Below, piece by piece: positions 46,009 through 55,454 of a stretch of DNA of 64,000 bases (within the stretch, counting starts at the first letter, position 1; each line of letters begins with the position of its first letter). Origin of the DNA: Alphaproteobacteria bacterium (GTDB lineage Bacteria; Pseudomonadota; Alphaproteobacteria; Rs-D84). Location of the stretch: NCBI GenBank assembly GCA_017520675.1, contig JAFXFG010000031.1, positions 574 through 64,573 of the forward strand. The letters run 5' to 3'. Position numbers and translations under genes: made by a program. A model generated the notes under the pieces. The model searched no databases and was not told where the DNA came from. It saw only the letters and a list, made by a program, of their open reading frames with translations.

Positions 46009-47037
46009 TTTATGTCAGATATTTATAACAAGTTATTGATTTTGCGTACGCCTGGGATTGGACCCGTAAAGTTTAATTCATTAATTAAACGATTCGGTAA
46101 TGTGGCATCGGCTGTGCTGTCTTTGGGACCGGATGTTGCGTTTTGCGATTCGGTTAAACGCGAAATGGAAAAAGCACAGCAACTGGGGATACATTATTTA
46201 TCAGATGATGATGTGTTGTATCCTGAAAATTTGAGAAAAGTAAAAAATCATCCGCCAGTGATTTCTGTGCGTGGCAATTTAGATTCTTTATCAAGACCGA
46301 TGGTGTCGATTGTTGGTACAAGGCACGCAACAGTTGCAGGAATGAATTTTGTCGCAGATTTGGCACAGGCATTTGCCGATTCGGGGACGGTTGTTGTTTC
46401 GGGTATGGCAATCGGTACAGATACCGCAGCACATCGTGGGGCATTGCGTGCACAGGGCAATATGCAAACAATTGCGGTCTTGGCGGGTGGGGTGGATTAT
46501 GTTTGGCCGCCGGAAAACGAATCGTTATATTATCAAATACTAGAACGTGGTGCGGTTATCAGTGAGATGCCAGTTGGCTTTGTCCCAGTTGCAACTAATT
46601 TTGTTCAACGAAACAGATGGGTGGCAGGATTGGCAGATAAACTGATTCTGGGTGAGGCTGATTTAAAGTCTGGTTCTATGACAACTGCCCGATTCGCAAT
46701 CGATTATGGACGCGAATTGTGGGCAATACCATCACATCCCGCAGATTTGCGCGCAGTTGGGCCGAATTCTCTGATTCGGTCGGGTGATGCAAAACTGTGT
46801 ATGGGGATACAAGATTTTTTTAAAACAGAAAGGTTTGATGCAAATTCTGAAAAAAAATTAGAAAAGTTTAATGCGGAAAATAATCTTCTTGATGCGTTAG
46901 GAACAAATCCAGTGTCAGAATCTGTATTGGCAGAAGTTGTCAAAAAATCTGTTTCGGAAATTAAACGAGATTTGGTTGTCTTGGAATTGCAAGGTTTAGT
47001 TCAAAAAGTCGATGGTGGTTATGTTCGTTTGGTTTGA
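46009..47037 (+). CDS. dprA: DNA processing protein DprA (Smf)
   Basis: Rossmann-like DprA core (VVSGMAIGTDTAAHRGAL; GETDLKSGSMTTARFAIDYGRELWAIP) and a C-terminal winged helix. Confidence 0.85.
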   Translation, partial: FMSDIYNKLLILRTPGIGPVKFNSLIKRFGNVASAVLSLGPDVAFCDSVKREMEKAQQLGIHYLSDDDVLYPENLRKVKNHPPVISVRGNLDSLSRPMVSIVGTRHATVAGMNFVADLAQAFADSGTVVVSGMAIGTDTAAHRGALRAQGNMQTIAVLAGGVDYVWPPENESLYYQILERGAVISEMPVGFVPVATNFVQRNRWVAGLADKLILGEADLKSGSMTTARFAIDYGRELWAIPSHPADLRAVGPNSLIRSGDAKLCMGIQDFFKTERFDANSEKKLEKFNAENNLLDALGTNPVSESVLAEVVKKSVSEIKRDLVVLELQGLVQKVDGGYVRLV

Positions 47038-47391
47038 AAAAAATGTCTATACAGTGTATATACAAAGGGCAGAAAACAGCCAAAAAAACGAATCGTTGTC
47101 AAAAAATAAATGTTCAAAAATCGGTTAATATTTAGTTGTAAATTGATTTTTATATTCTAAATTATCAATCGTATCCAAAAGAAAAATAAACAAACAAATT
47201 AAAGCGAGAGAGTTTAAAGTAGGAATAAAAAATATTTGTTAATTCTGTGAATTGTAATCTGATTTTTGAAAGGAGAAATTAATATTACAATTCATAAAAA
47301 AAGAATTAATAGGTATTTTCCCTGGGGTGGTTTTTATAACCTGTGGCAGGGTGGAATTGGCTTTCTCGGAAGGAAGGAAAGGAGAAACAAT

Positions 47392-48678
47392 ATGCAGGCA
47401 CAAACAGCGGCAAATACACAAATGACAAACTTGGAAAATATCAAGGGGGCCATTGCCGCAAAAATGGATTCTGCATCTTTTACTTCTTGGATTGCACCTT
47501 TGACCATGGATGTTGTTGATGGAAATTTGGTATTGTGTGCACAAAATCAATTCTCGGCTGATTTTATTACAAGTGTTCATAAGGCTGTTTTAGCTGATGT
47601 AGCAGCAGAATTTGGTTTGGGGTTGGATATCGTTGTTCGTAACAGTGCAACACGTGCAACTGCATCAATTGCAAATGATAATCAGGCACAGGTATATGCA
47701 CCAGTTGTAAAGACTGTTGCGGATTCTGTTAATTTTGATAGTTTTGTTACATCTGATGAAAATGCATTTGTTGTATGTGCATGCAAAAAATTGGCAACAG
47801 GAACTGCGCCTTTTACACAGTTGTTTATTTATGGGGCTGCTGGTTGTGGTAAATCTTTGTTGGCCGATTGTATCGCAGGTGCATGTACAGGTCGTGTTGT
47901 AAAAATGTCTGGCGCACAATTTGTTTCTGAATTTACACGTTCTTTGAAAGAACATAATGTTTTTGCATTTAAAGATTTCTGCCGTAACTGCAATTTGTTT
48001 ATTTTGGACGATGTTCAGGCGTTGGCTGGTAAAAAGGCATCAACCGAAGAATTCTTGCAATTGATTGTTGATTTGCGTAATGCAGGTAAAAATGTTGTTT
48101 TGACTGCGGATGCAGCCCCCAGCAATTTGACAGGATTTGACCGTCATTCTCAGGGTGTTTTGGCATCTGGATTGGTTGCAGATGTTGCAGTACCAAACGC
48201 GCATGTTAAAACTGTTATCTTGCAACGCGCAGGTGTCAAGGCAGATGTTGCAACTGCTCTGGCTACACGCGTCGCAAATGATGGCCACTTGATTGCAGGT
48301 GTTGCGACAAAAATCAAAACATATGTTGACTTGATGGGTGCAGATGTTGATATTGATGTTGCAAAACGTCTGTTGGCAGATACATTAACAGCCGTTAAAA
48401 CACCAAACGCGATGGTTCGTGATATGTGCGAAAAATTAGGTGTTTCATATGATGCAGTTTGTGGAAATGGGCGCAGTCGCAACTTGGTTTTTGCACGTCA
48501 GATAATGATGGTTGTATTAAAGAATGCGACATCTTTGTCCTTGGCGGAAATCGGTAATTTTGTTGGTGGTCGTGATCATGCAACAGTTTTGTACGCGGTA
48601 AAGCAGATTGAAAAACAAAAGGCAACAGACTTGGTGTTGGCAGCGCAGATAGAACAATTTATCGCAGACTGCAAATAA
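47392..48678 (+). CDS. dnaA: Chromosomal replication initiator DnaA
   Basis: AAA+ Walker A GAAGCGKS, box VII and a C-terminal DNA-binding domain (VVLKNATSLSLAEIGNFVGGRDHATVLYA). Start chosen at MQAQTAAN with RBS AAGGAAAGGAG. Confidence 0.9.
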   Translation: MQAQTAANTQMTNLENIKGAIAAKMDSASFTSWIAPLTMDVVDGNLVLCAQNQFSADFITSVHKAVLADVAAEFGLGLDIVVRNSATRATASIANDNQAQVYAPVVKTVADSVNFDSFVTSDENAFVVCACKKLATGTAPFTQLFIYGAAGCGKSLLADCIAGACTGRVVKMSGAQFVSEFTRSLKEHNVFAFKDFCRNCNLFILDDVQALAGKKASTEEFLQLIVDLRNAGKNVVLTADAAPSNLTGFDRHSQGVLASGLVADVAVPNAHVKTVILQRAGVKADVATALATRVANDGHLIAGVATKIKTYVDLMGADVDIDVAKRLLADTLTAVKTPNAMVRDMCEKLGVSYDAVCGNGRSRNLVFARQIMMVVLKNATSLSLAEIGNFVGGRDHATVLYAVKQIEKQKATDLVLAAQIEQFIADCK

Positions 48679-48696
48679 AAATTAAATATAATGGTC

Positions 48697-48768
48697 TATC
48701 TAAATGCGGTGCCGGAAACTCATGTATCATTTGTACACATCGTTTCCGGCACTGCGTTTATCTAAACC
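48697..48768. repeat. Imperfect inverted repeat / hairpin downstream of dnaA
   Basis: TATCTAAATGCGGTGCCGGAAAC ... GTTTCCGGCACTGCGTTTATCTAAA. A related GCGTT..TTATCTAAATC segment recurs at about 48845-48875. Confidence 0.6.
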
Positions 48769-48919
48769 ATTCTATTTAATTTTATAAAATTAACCATAAT
48801 AATTCATCTAAAACCAATCCTGCCAACTTATGTAACTTCTGTACACTGCGTTGTCGGGATTGATTTTATCTAAATCATTATAATTAATTTTAACCCCTGC
48901 AAGGGGCGGGTAAGAATAA

Positions 48920-48962
48920 GTCCCTGCGGGGCAATGGATACCCGCCTGCGCGGGTATGACGA
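48920..48962 (+). repeat. Solo copy of a 43-bp palindrome-containing repeat
   Basis: GTCCCTGCGGGGCAATGGATACCCGCCTGCGCGGGTATGACGA. Confidence 0.8.
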
Positions 48963-49061
48963 CGAACGAGGGGGGGACGAAGGGTTGGGGTGTGTGTGAA
49001 AAGCCACATCGATGATAAAGAGTTGAATATTTATAATTTTTGTGGGGTGCTCACATACACA

Positions 49062-49103
49062 CGTCATTCCCGCGCAGGCGGGAATCCACTGCCCCGCAGG
49101 GAC
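49062..49103 (-). repeat. Inverted copy of the 43-bp repeat, abutting the 3' end of the GIY-YIG gene
   Basis: CGTCATTCCCGCGCAGGCGGGAATCCACTGCCCCGCAGGGAC with a perfect ATTCCC-N8-GGGAAT core. Confidence 0.8.
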
Positions 49104-49105
49104 CT

Positions 49106-49420
49106 TTATTCGTTGTTATAACCGTTTTCAGATAATACATCTGGGTATAAATCATTCCAATCTGGATTTTTTTGAATAATTAAGCGATATTTCCAGTTTC
49201 GTTGCCATTTTTTTAATTGGCGTTCGCGCAGAACCATTTCTTTTATTGAATCGTGCCATTCATAATAAACCAGATTGTTGATATTGTATTTAGAAGTAAA
49301 GCCTGGGATGATTTTATTTTTATGTTGCCAAATACGTCCAACTAAATCGGTGGTGGAACCGATGTACAATGTTCCCATTGGGCCGGAAGATAAGATATAA
49401 ACATAACCGCCTGATTTCAT
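49106..49420 (-). CDS. Small GIY-YIG nuclease-family protein (COG2827/YhbQ-like)
   Basis: GYVYILSSGPMGTLYIGSTTDLVGRIWQHK...YYE is a GIY-YIG signature. The gene is bracketed by inverted copies of the 43-bp repeat. Confidence 0.75.
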   Translation of the reverse strand: MKSGGYVYILSSGPMGTLYIGSTTDLVGRIWQHKNKIIPGFTSKYNINNLVYYEWHDSIKEMVLRERQLKKWQRNWKYRLIIQKNPDWNDLYPDVLSENGYNNE

Positions 49421-49458
49421 AGTGCCTAATTATAATGCACAAATAAAAAATATCAATA

Positions 49459-49900
49459 TGTCCCTGCGGGGCAATGGATACCCGCCTGCGCGGGTATGAC
49501 GAGAGTGTAAGGGCGGGGCCCGATACGCGGGTATGACGAAGAGACGGGGGTGGGGTGTTGGGTGTTTAATATGTCCCTGCGGGGCAATGGATACCCGCCT
49601 GCGCGGGTATGACGAGAGCGTAAGGGCGGGGCCCGATACGCGGGGGCGATGAGGGCTGAGTGTGTTGGGTGTTTAATAAGTCCCTGCGGGGCAATGGATT
49701 CCTGCCTGCGCAGGAATGACGATGAACGAGGACGAGGCCTGATACAGGAATGACGAGTGTGTGAGTGGGCGCGATGCGCGGGGGCGATGAGGGCTGAGTG
49801 TGTTGGGTGTTTAATATGTCCCTGCGGGGCAATGGATACCCGCTGCGCGGGTATGACGAATGTGTGAGTGGTGGGGAATTAAAAATCCCCCAATTGCTTG
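49459..49900 (+). repeat. Tandem array of four copies of the 43-bp repeat with 107-138-bp periods and partially conserved inter-repeat sequence (not CRISPR)
   Basis: Copies start at 49459, 49573, 49680 and 49818. The spacers share GGGTGTTTAATA and CGGGTATGACGA sub-repeats. Confidence 0.8.
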
Positions 49901-49932
49901 GGGAATTCGTGTCGATTGATTTTGGAATATTG

Positions 49933-52900
49933 CTATTCCGACATCGATGTCGAAATCATATCGCCATATGTACCGACTTCGTCAGCACCGATAAAGCAAC
50001 GGATTTTCGACCCGATATTGTCCATAAATTCTTGATAGGCTTCTTGTTCAGCTGAATCAAGTTTTGTATTATGGGCATCTTTGACAATGTGATATGCGGC
50101 CAAACCACCCGCCAATGCGGTGCCAGCACCAACAATCGTTGCACCACCCCATTTTTGGAACCAGCCATCTTTTGCATCAGTGTTTGTGAACTTTTCGCAC
50201 TGTTCTTTTATTTTTGCTAATTCGGTGTACGCTTTGCCGGTTTTAGTTTTTTGTGTTTCTATGACTATTGTGCTTCCATCGGTGTCAAGAAGGTCGTCGT
50301 GTTTAAACTCCAGTGCCTCACGAGCATTTGATATCATGGTGTTCGCACTGAGCTGTGTCATGCCAGATGGCAATTCCTGTGCACTTTTTACAATGCTTTC
50401 AAAGGCGGATATTGCGTCTTTAGCATTCTTGAGCGCAGTGTTTAGTGCTGGTTCTGTTAATTGCTGTGTAGAACTACCATTTTTCCATTGTTCAAACATA
50501 TTCAGTGCGGCCTGGGCATCTGTTTTGCAAGAATTGATGTTGTTGATGATTTTCTTGGAACGGTTGTTCCCGTTCAAACCACCAATTTTACCGTCGGCAA
50601 TCTTGTTGCCCAGGAATGCACCGCCGGTACCCAATGTAACTGCAGATGCGGCAGTTGCCCAGAATTTTTGACGACGTGCTTTGTCGGTGGCTTTGCCGTC
50701 TTTGTCTTCCAGACCGGTGGCAACACGTGCTGCCTGGCCGGCTGCATCAGCCAATGCCTCTAAATCAGCAGATGATAACCATGAACCACAGGTAAATGTA
50801 TCACCCAATGCAAAGTATGCAGTTGACCATGAAGCGTTATTTTTTATTGCTTCTTGGATATATTTATCGTTGGACTGCAATGTTACACGCAGGCGACAGA
50901 ATGAACCATATAAATCATTGCTGGCCACGAATTGGTTCGTGTCAAGACCAGACATCGCATAGTTCTTTGGTACATCTTTGCCTTTTAGTTTTACCCACAT
51001 GTATGTAGAGCCGTTGTCTTTGTTGCCTATTATGCCACCGGCATTTGATGACAGGCACATATTTTGTTCTTTGGTTAATTTTGCGTTATATTTTGCCTGG
51101 GCTTCTTTTTCAATGTCATAGACCAAATCCTTGAACAAACTGTTCGCAACCTGTGTTTGGCGATATGTGTCAACTGATACATATACAGGTTGATCAAAGA
51201 TGTTGCCTGTTTCATCCATTTTATAACATATACCTTCGACACCGGATTTGTTTGTGCAGATTTCTTGACCGTTTTCGTCAACTTTTTTTACACCTTCTAC
51301 GGCGGTCATTTTGCTTGCACTGCCGGCATCATACCAACCAGAGCGTACAGAGTCAGCGGTTTCACCACCGTTGGTCCCCCATGTGTTGGCTAGATTGTTA
51401 TTTTGGTTAATATTGAATTTTGCGGTTTCAATTGCCAGATGTTCTGCACAGACATCAGAGTCTTTGACGGTGTTAACACATAATCCCAGTATGATTGTAT
51501 AGTCAAGTACACCACCGACCTTGTTCATTGATTTATCAAATGCAGCGTCGCCAGTGCTGGTCAAACTGGACATTACGTCTGTACGATTGCGATAGCAATT
51601 GACATAGTCAGGACCGCACATTGATCTGACGCAACTGCTTGCCAATGTTTGACATTGTTTTTTCATTTGTGCAATTGCTGCATCGTTGTATGAATTGTTC
51701 AATGTTGCGTCCAGATTTGCAACAACCCCAATTGGATCAAGTTTGGTGTCTGCGTGTGGGAACAGGGTTGTAAACGCGTCCCCTTGGTTGTATGTATAGT
51801 TAAAGCCACCAGATGTTGTCGGGTTTTGCGCCGCATAAATACAGTTTGGATCGGTGTTCACAACAGATGTGCAACCACGTTGAATTTCTTGGTATGTGTT
51901 GTCGCCATTTATTCCGATACCACTGGCCAATTTATAGCATGCAGCGCCAGAACCACCACCGCATACGCGCATCGCGCAAGAGCGGATTGTCTGTGTGCAC
52001 TTATCCTTGGCATCAGTATCAAATTTATTTACTAGGTCAGAAATCTTGGACATCATTCCAGAATTCATACGGGTAGAATATGCCTGAGAAAAGACATCTT
52101 CTTGGTTGAATTCATCGCGCAATTCAGAATTGGTTGGCATTTTGCCGTCGCCAATAAATGTTGCATAGCAATATTTATTTTGACCAATTGTATCCATACA
52201 TTCGCCACGAATGTATCTGTTGATGTCCGATTTGCTTAATGCTTCGGAAAGGGTGTCAGATAATTGTGTGGTTGTGCCTTTTAATATCGATTCAACGGTT
52301 GCAACAAGGGCACCTGGGGTGTTCTCGTAACATTTGTATGGATTCTTGGTGCAGGCATTTAATATACATTGATCAACAACACGATAACAGGTCGATACTG
52401 CATTTATTGCCGCCAATGTTGCGCCGTCTGCAATCATTGTGCCAACACGACTGCTGGTTTCAGGGTCAACAGTGCGTGATGCAGTGCCGAATAGTTCTTT
52501 TAAGCCATCGCTTTGACAGCGGGCCAGTACGGAATCGCAACTGACGCGTTGTTTTTTGAATTCTGAATTTGATGTGCATAGTTCAAAATCAGAACCACAA
52601 ACATTTTCGCGATTTAAACATGTGGTGTAACGACGCACGCAATCAGATGTGTTGTACATATTTGATATTGCACCAGCAGTAATTAACTGACCCAGTGCGC
52701 TGTCGTCGTCTGGATATGTGTAGTCAGTGATTTCGTCAAATTCATTTTTGCTGGCAACCTGAGATAAATTGTCCATATTGGTTGTGCCAAATAACTTTTG
52801 AATTCCACCAGTTGAACATTGGTACAGTGTGCCAATGCATTGTGGCATCTTGGCATGGAATAGAACCTTGGTTGTACATTCTTCAAAGTTTGAACCACAG

Positions 52901-53175
52901 TTTTCTGGGGCCTTGATACAGGTCAGATATTCGTTTACGCATTTTGTGTCGTCTAGTAGTGAAGATGTTGTTGCAGCAGGTAATGTGGCGCTGTTGTTGT
53001 TCGCAGCAGCATTAGCCAATGCAGATGCCATCGTGGGCATACGACGACCAGATGCAGCAATGCTGGTAACCTTGCCTGTTGGCATTATGCCAGGACGCGC
53101 AGTTACACCATGTGCAACAGATACAATGCTGAATGCAAAGATTAAACTGAATGTATGCTTTAAAAATGATGACAT
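49933..53175 (-). CDS. Giant (1080 aa) secreted Cys-rich protein, probably surface-associated
   Basis: RBS AGGAG before the ATG at 53175. Signal peptide MSSFLKHTFSLIFAFSIVSVAHG. Repeated Cys modules (C..YLTCIKAPENCGSNFEECT; CVRRYTTCLNRENVCGSDFELCT). The C-terminal module is shared with the 45060-45923 paralog. Confidence 0.6.
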   Translation of the reverse strand: MSSFLKHTFSLIFAFSIVSVAHGVTARPGIMPTGKVTSIAASGRRMPTMASALANAAANNNSATLPAATTSSLLDDTKCVNEYLTCIKAPENCGSNFEECTTKVLFHAKMPQCIGTLYQCSTGGIQKLFGTTNMDNLSQVASKNEFDEITDYTYPDDDSALGQLITAGAISNMYNTSDCVRRYTTCLNRENVCGSDFELCTSNSEFKKQRVSCDSVLARCQSDGLKELFGTASRTVDPETSSRVGTMIADGATLAAINAVSTCYRVVDQCILNACTKNPYKCYENTPGALVATVESILKGTTTQLSDTLSEALSKSDINRYIRGECMDTIGQNKYCYATFIGDGKMPTNSELRDEFNQEDVFSQAYSTRMNSGMMSKISDLVNKFDTDAKDKCTQTIRSCAMRVCGGGSGAACYKLASGIGINGDNTYQEIQRGCTSVVNTDPNCIYAAQNPTTSGGFNYTYNQGDAFTTLFPHADTKLDPIGVVANLDATLNNSYNDAAIAQMKKQCQTLASSCVRSMCGPDYVNCYRNRTDVMSSLTSTGDAAFDKSMNKVGGVLDYTIILGLCVNTVKDSDVCAEHLAIETAKFNINQNNNLANTWGTNGGETADSVRSGWYDAGSASKMTAVEGVKKVDENGQEICTNKSGVEGICYKMDETGNIFDQPVYVSVDTYRQTQVANSLFKDLVYDIEKEAQAKYNAKLTKEQNMCLSSNAGGIIGNKDNGSTYMWVKLKGKDVPKNYAMSGLDTNQFVASNDLYGSFCRLRVTLQSNDKYIQEAIKNNASWSTAYFALGDTFTCGSWLSSADLEALADAAGQAARVATGLEDKDGKATDKARRQKFWATAASAVTLGTGGAFLGNKIADGKIGGLNGNNRSKKIINNINSCKTDAQAALNMFEQWKNGSSTQQLTEPALNTALKNAKDAISAFESIVKSAQELPSGMTQLSANTMISNAREALEFKHDDLLDTDGSTIVIETQKTKTGKAYTELAKIKEQCEKFTNTDAKDGWFQKWGGATIVGAGTALAGGLAAYHIVKDAHNTKLDSAEQEAYQEFMDNIGSKIRCFIGADEVGTYGDMISTSMSE

Positions 53176-53252
53176 TCCCAACTCCTGTTTTTTCTAGTTT
53201 TATTATTTTATTTTAACATAATTTGACGGTATTAAAAAGCAAAAAGTTGTTG

Positions 53253-53990
53253 TTAAAATAAAATGTTTATTTGTGCGCCAACTTGGATGTCGTCGCTTTC
53301 GAATTCATAGTCAAAATGGCCCGAATATTGCGTGCGACCAAATTGACGAATTAGTTTAAAATGCAGCCATTCTTGGTCATAATTTTGGCCGGTAATACGG
53401 TCTTGATTTGTTGCGACGCGTATCGTTAGACCTGTGCCAAAGCGCCAGTCTGGGGCAATTCTGAAATATGCCTGGGGGATAAAATCAAGAAATGCCATGC
53501 CACGCAAATCGTCAAATATCCAACTGGATTTAATCGTGCCAGATAATGTCATCCCAGCCCATTGACGACCAAAACGAAGTCCTGCGTAGTATGTAGAGTC
53601 CGCATATTCTGGGGTGCGAACATGACTGCTGCCACCGAATTTAAAACCGAATATTACATCTGATATGATGCCAGAATTGTTGTCGTTCGCGGTTGCAATA
53701 CGATAAAATCCACCAAGGTCTGTTGATGCAAAGCCATCTTCACTGCCGTTAAAATCGTGTTGATAATGAATGTTTAAACCAACAGATAAACGATCGTTAA
53801 AGCCGTATGATAATGACTGGCCTGCGCGAAGAATATGATCCCAGTATGTTAGTGTGGTTTTTGATAATATGCTGGATTTTGGTTGTATGTATAGTGGGTC
53901 AGATGTGTCGTGTTCAAGTATGTTTGAATGACCAAGTGTTGGTAGTAGTAATGATAATGCAATAAAGATTCTTGATAAAAATTTGTGCAT
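53253..53990 (-). CDS. Outer-membrane beta-barrel protein (possibly MipA/OmpV-like)
   Basis: Signal peptide MHKFLSRIFIALSLLLPTLGHS, about 245 aa, alternating beta strands and a C-terminal INILF. Confidence 0.55.
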   Translation of the reverse strand: MHKFLSRIFIALSLLLPTLGHSNILEHDTSDPLYIQPKSSILSKTTLTYWDHILRAGQSLSYGFNDRLSVGLNIHYQHDFNGSEDGFASTDLGGFYRIATANDNNSGIISDVIFGFKFGGSSHVRTPEYADSTYYAGLRFGRQWAGMTLSGTIKSSWIFDDLRGMAFLDFIPQAYFRIAPDWRFGTGLTIRVATNQDRITGQNYDQEWLHFKLIRQFGRTQYSGHFDYEFESDDIQVGAQINILF

Positions 53991-54066
53991 GGGAATTCTC
54001 TCTCGCTTTGTGAAAAAAAGTATTTTTGCCCCCAAGCGTAATCGTTGGGGGCAGGGGTGTATAATT

Positions 54067-55365
54067 TTAGAACTGGAATATTGCCTGTACACCGATTGTT
54101 GTTTCGGCAATGTTATCCAATTTTACTGTCCCGATGTTTGTTAATTGTTCCAGTGGGAATACTTCACCATTAGCTGGATTTTCGGCTTCGATATGAGGTT
54201 CCATCCAGTATAGGTCAAGATTTTTGCTGTTCGCACTGTCATAGAATGCGGTTTTAGCATATAGGTTCAACGCAAACCAATCGTTTGGTTGCCAGCCAAT
54301 TGCACCCTTGATAGATGCCTGGTTGTGCCAGTCGTAATGACCAAATGTACCCTCTAGGTTTAGGGTCCAATCTTCGTTCAGAACACTGAACATACCAAGA
54401 CCACCTTCGATGTATATGGCATTGCTGCTGCCGACCTGATAGGGAATATAGAATGTTGCAGAATCGCCGTTTTCGTCAGAACCGGTTATGCCGTTGCCAT
54501 AAGAATTGCCTTCTAAATCAAGATACCAGCCACGTACCAATCCATAAATTGTGGATTTAGATACTTTGTAGCCGGCCTTGATATCCAACAAGAAATTGTT
54601 TGATATGTCTTTCTGATGTTGGAAGTATGCAGATGCGGTTGCAATCCATTTGTCGTTGTCGATAAAACGCCATTGTGCGCCAAGCCCAAATATATTCAGT
54701 CCGTTGTCGTCCATTGTGTCCGCTGGGGCACCGTTATCGTATTCAAACTTGTAATCGTTCATATCATATTCAAGTAAGCCAACCAATGCGATTTGGTCGT
54801 TGATACCATAACTGAAATGTTCTTTGGCTGAAATTTGATTGGATTTCCATTTGCCACCAACACCATCAAGTGCTAAGGAAAATGCACTGCCACTGCCGAT
54901 TTCGCGAATTGGTAGTGTTTGATTGATTACAAAGTCATATGAACTGGTTGTATAACCAAGGTCAGTAATAGAACCAAATTTTTCGCCCAATGGTTGAAAG
55001 AATGGGTGTGCAAGGTAGTATTTGCGACGCATCTTGGTTGTTACGGTTTCAGAACGGGTCTTGCGTACTGTGCTTTTTGTCGCAGTTGCCGCAGGGGATT
55101 GGGCGCCAGTATATGATTTATACATTGTATTGCGATTTGCAGGCTTTACATAATACATGTCGCCATTGTTTTTTGTTTCGTATGTCTTGGTTGTTGTACG
55201 GGTTGTATATTTTTTGTAATTTACACTGGTTTGTTCACGTGTCGCAGGGGCATCCGATAAGTTCGCAGTTGTTCCAGCGCGTGTGCCGACATTGGTCGCA
55301 GCATTCGTGGCAGTTGTGCCAAGAATAGCCAGTGCACTAAAAAATAATGGTAATGTTCGTTTCAT
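54067..55365 (-). CDS. Outer-membrane beta-barrel protein (porin-like) with a Thr/Lys-rich N-terminal extension
   Basis: RBS AAGGAG, a signal peptide and a C-terminal GVQAIFQF. Confidence 0.55.
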   Translation of the reverse strand: MKRTLPLFFSALAILGTTATNAATNVGTRAGTTANLSDAPATREQTSVNYKKYTTRTTTKTYETKNNGDMYYVKPANRNTMYKSYTGAQSPAATATKSTVRKTRSETVTTKMRRKYYLAHPFFQPLGEKFGSITDLGYTTSSYDFVINQTLPIREIGSGSAFSLALDGVGGKWKSNQISAKEHFSYGINDQIALVGLLEYDMNDYKFEYDNGAPADTMDDNGLNIFGLGAQWRFIDNDKWIATASAYFQHQKDISNNFLLDIKAGYKVSKSTIYGLVRGWYLDLEGNSYGNGITGSDENGDSATFYIPYQVGSSNAIYIEGGLGMFSVLNEDWTLNLEGTFGHYDWHNQASIKGAIGWQPNDWFALNLYAKTAFYDSANSKNLDLYWMEPHIEAENPANGEVFPLEQLTNIGTVKLDNIAETTIGVQAIFQF

Positions 55366-55454
55366 TTTAATTCTCCTTTTGTGTGGTATTATAACATAAA
55401 TAATTGCTGTAAAAAAGAAAAAACAGCGCGGATTGCGCGCTGAGTATAGTGTTC

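Noticed and set aside
47038-47391. DnaA boxes (TTATCCACA/TGTGGATAA) to call oriC
   Set aside because: No perfect or near-perfect boxes were recognised by visual scan of the dnaA flanks, so oriC was not annotated as a feature.
49566-49832. 88-aa ORF on the minus strand within the repeat array
   Set aside because: It is a translation of the tandem repeats (repeated ...PRRDILNTQHTQPSSPPRI..., PAQAGIH), with no RBS. It is a typical spurious ORF over REP-like elements.
49459-49900. Tandem repeat array considered as a CRISPR array
   Set aside because: The repeat unit is ~43 bp with internal palindromes. The inter-repeat segments share long common sub-sequences instead of being unique spacers. Periods vary from 107 to 138 bp. 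No cas genes are nearby.
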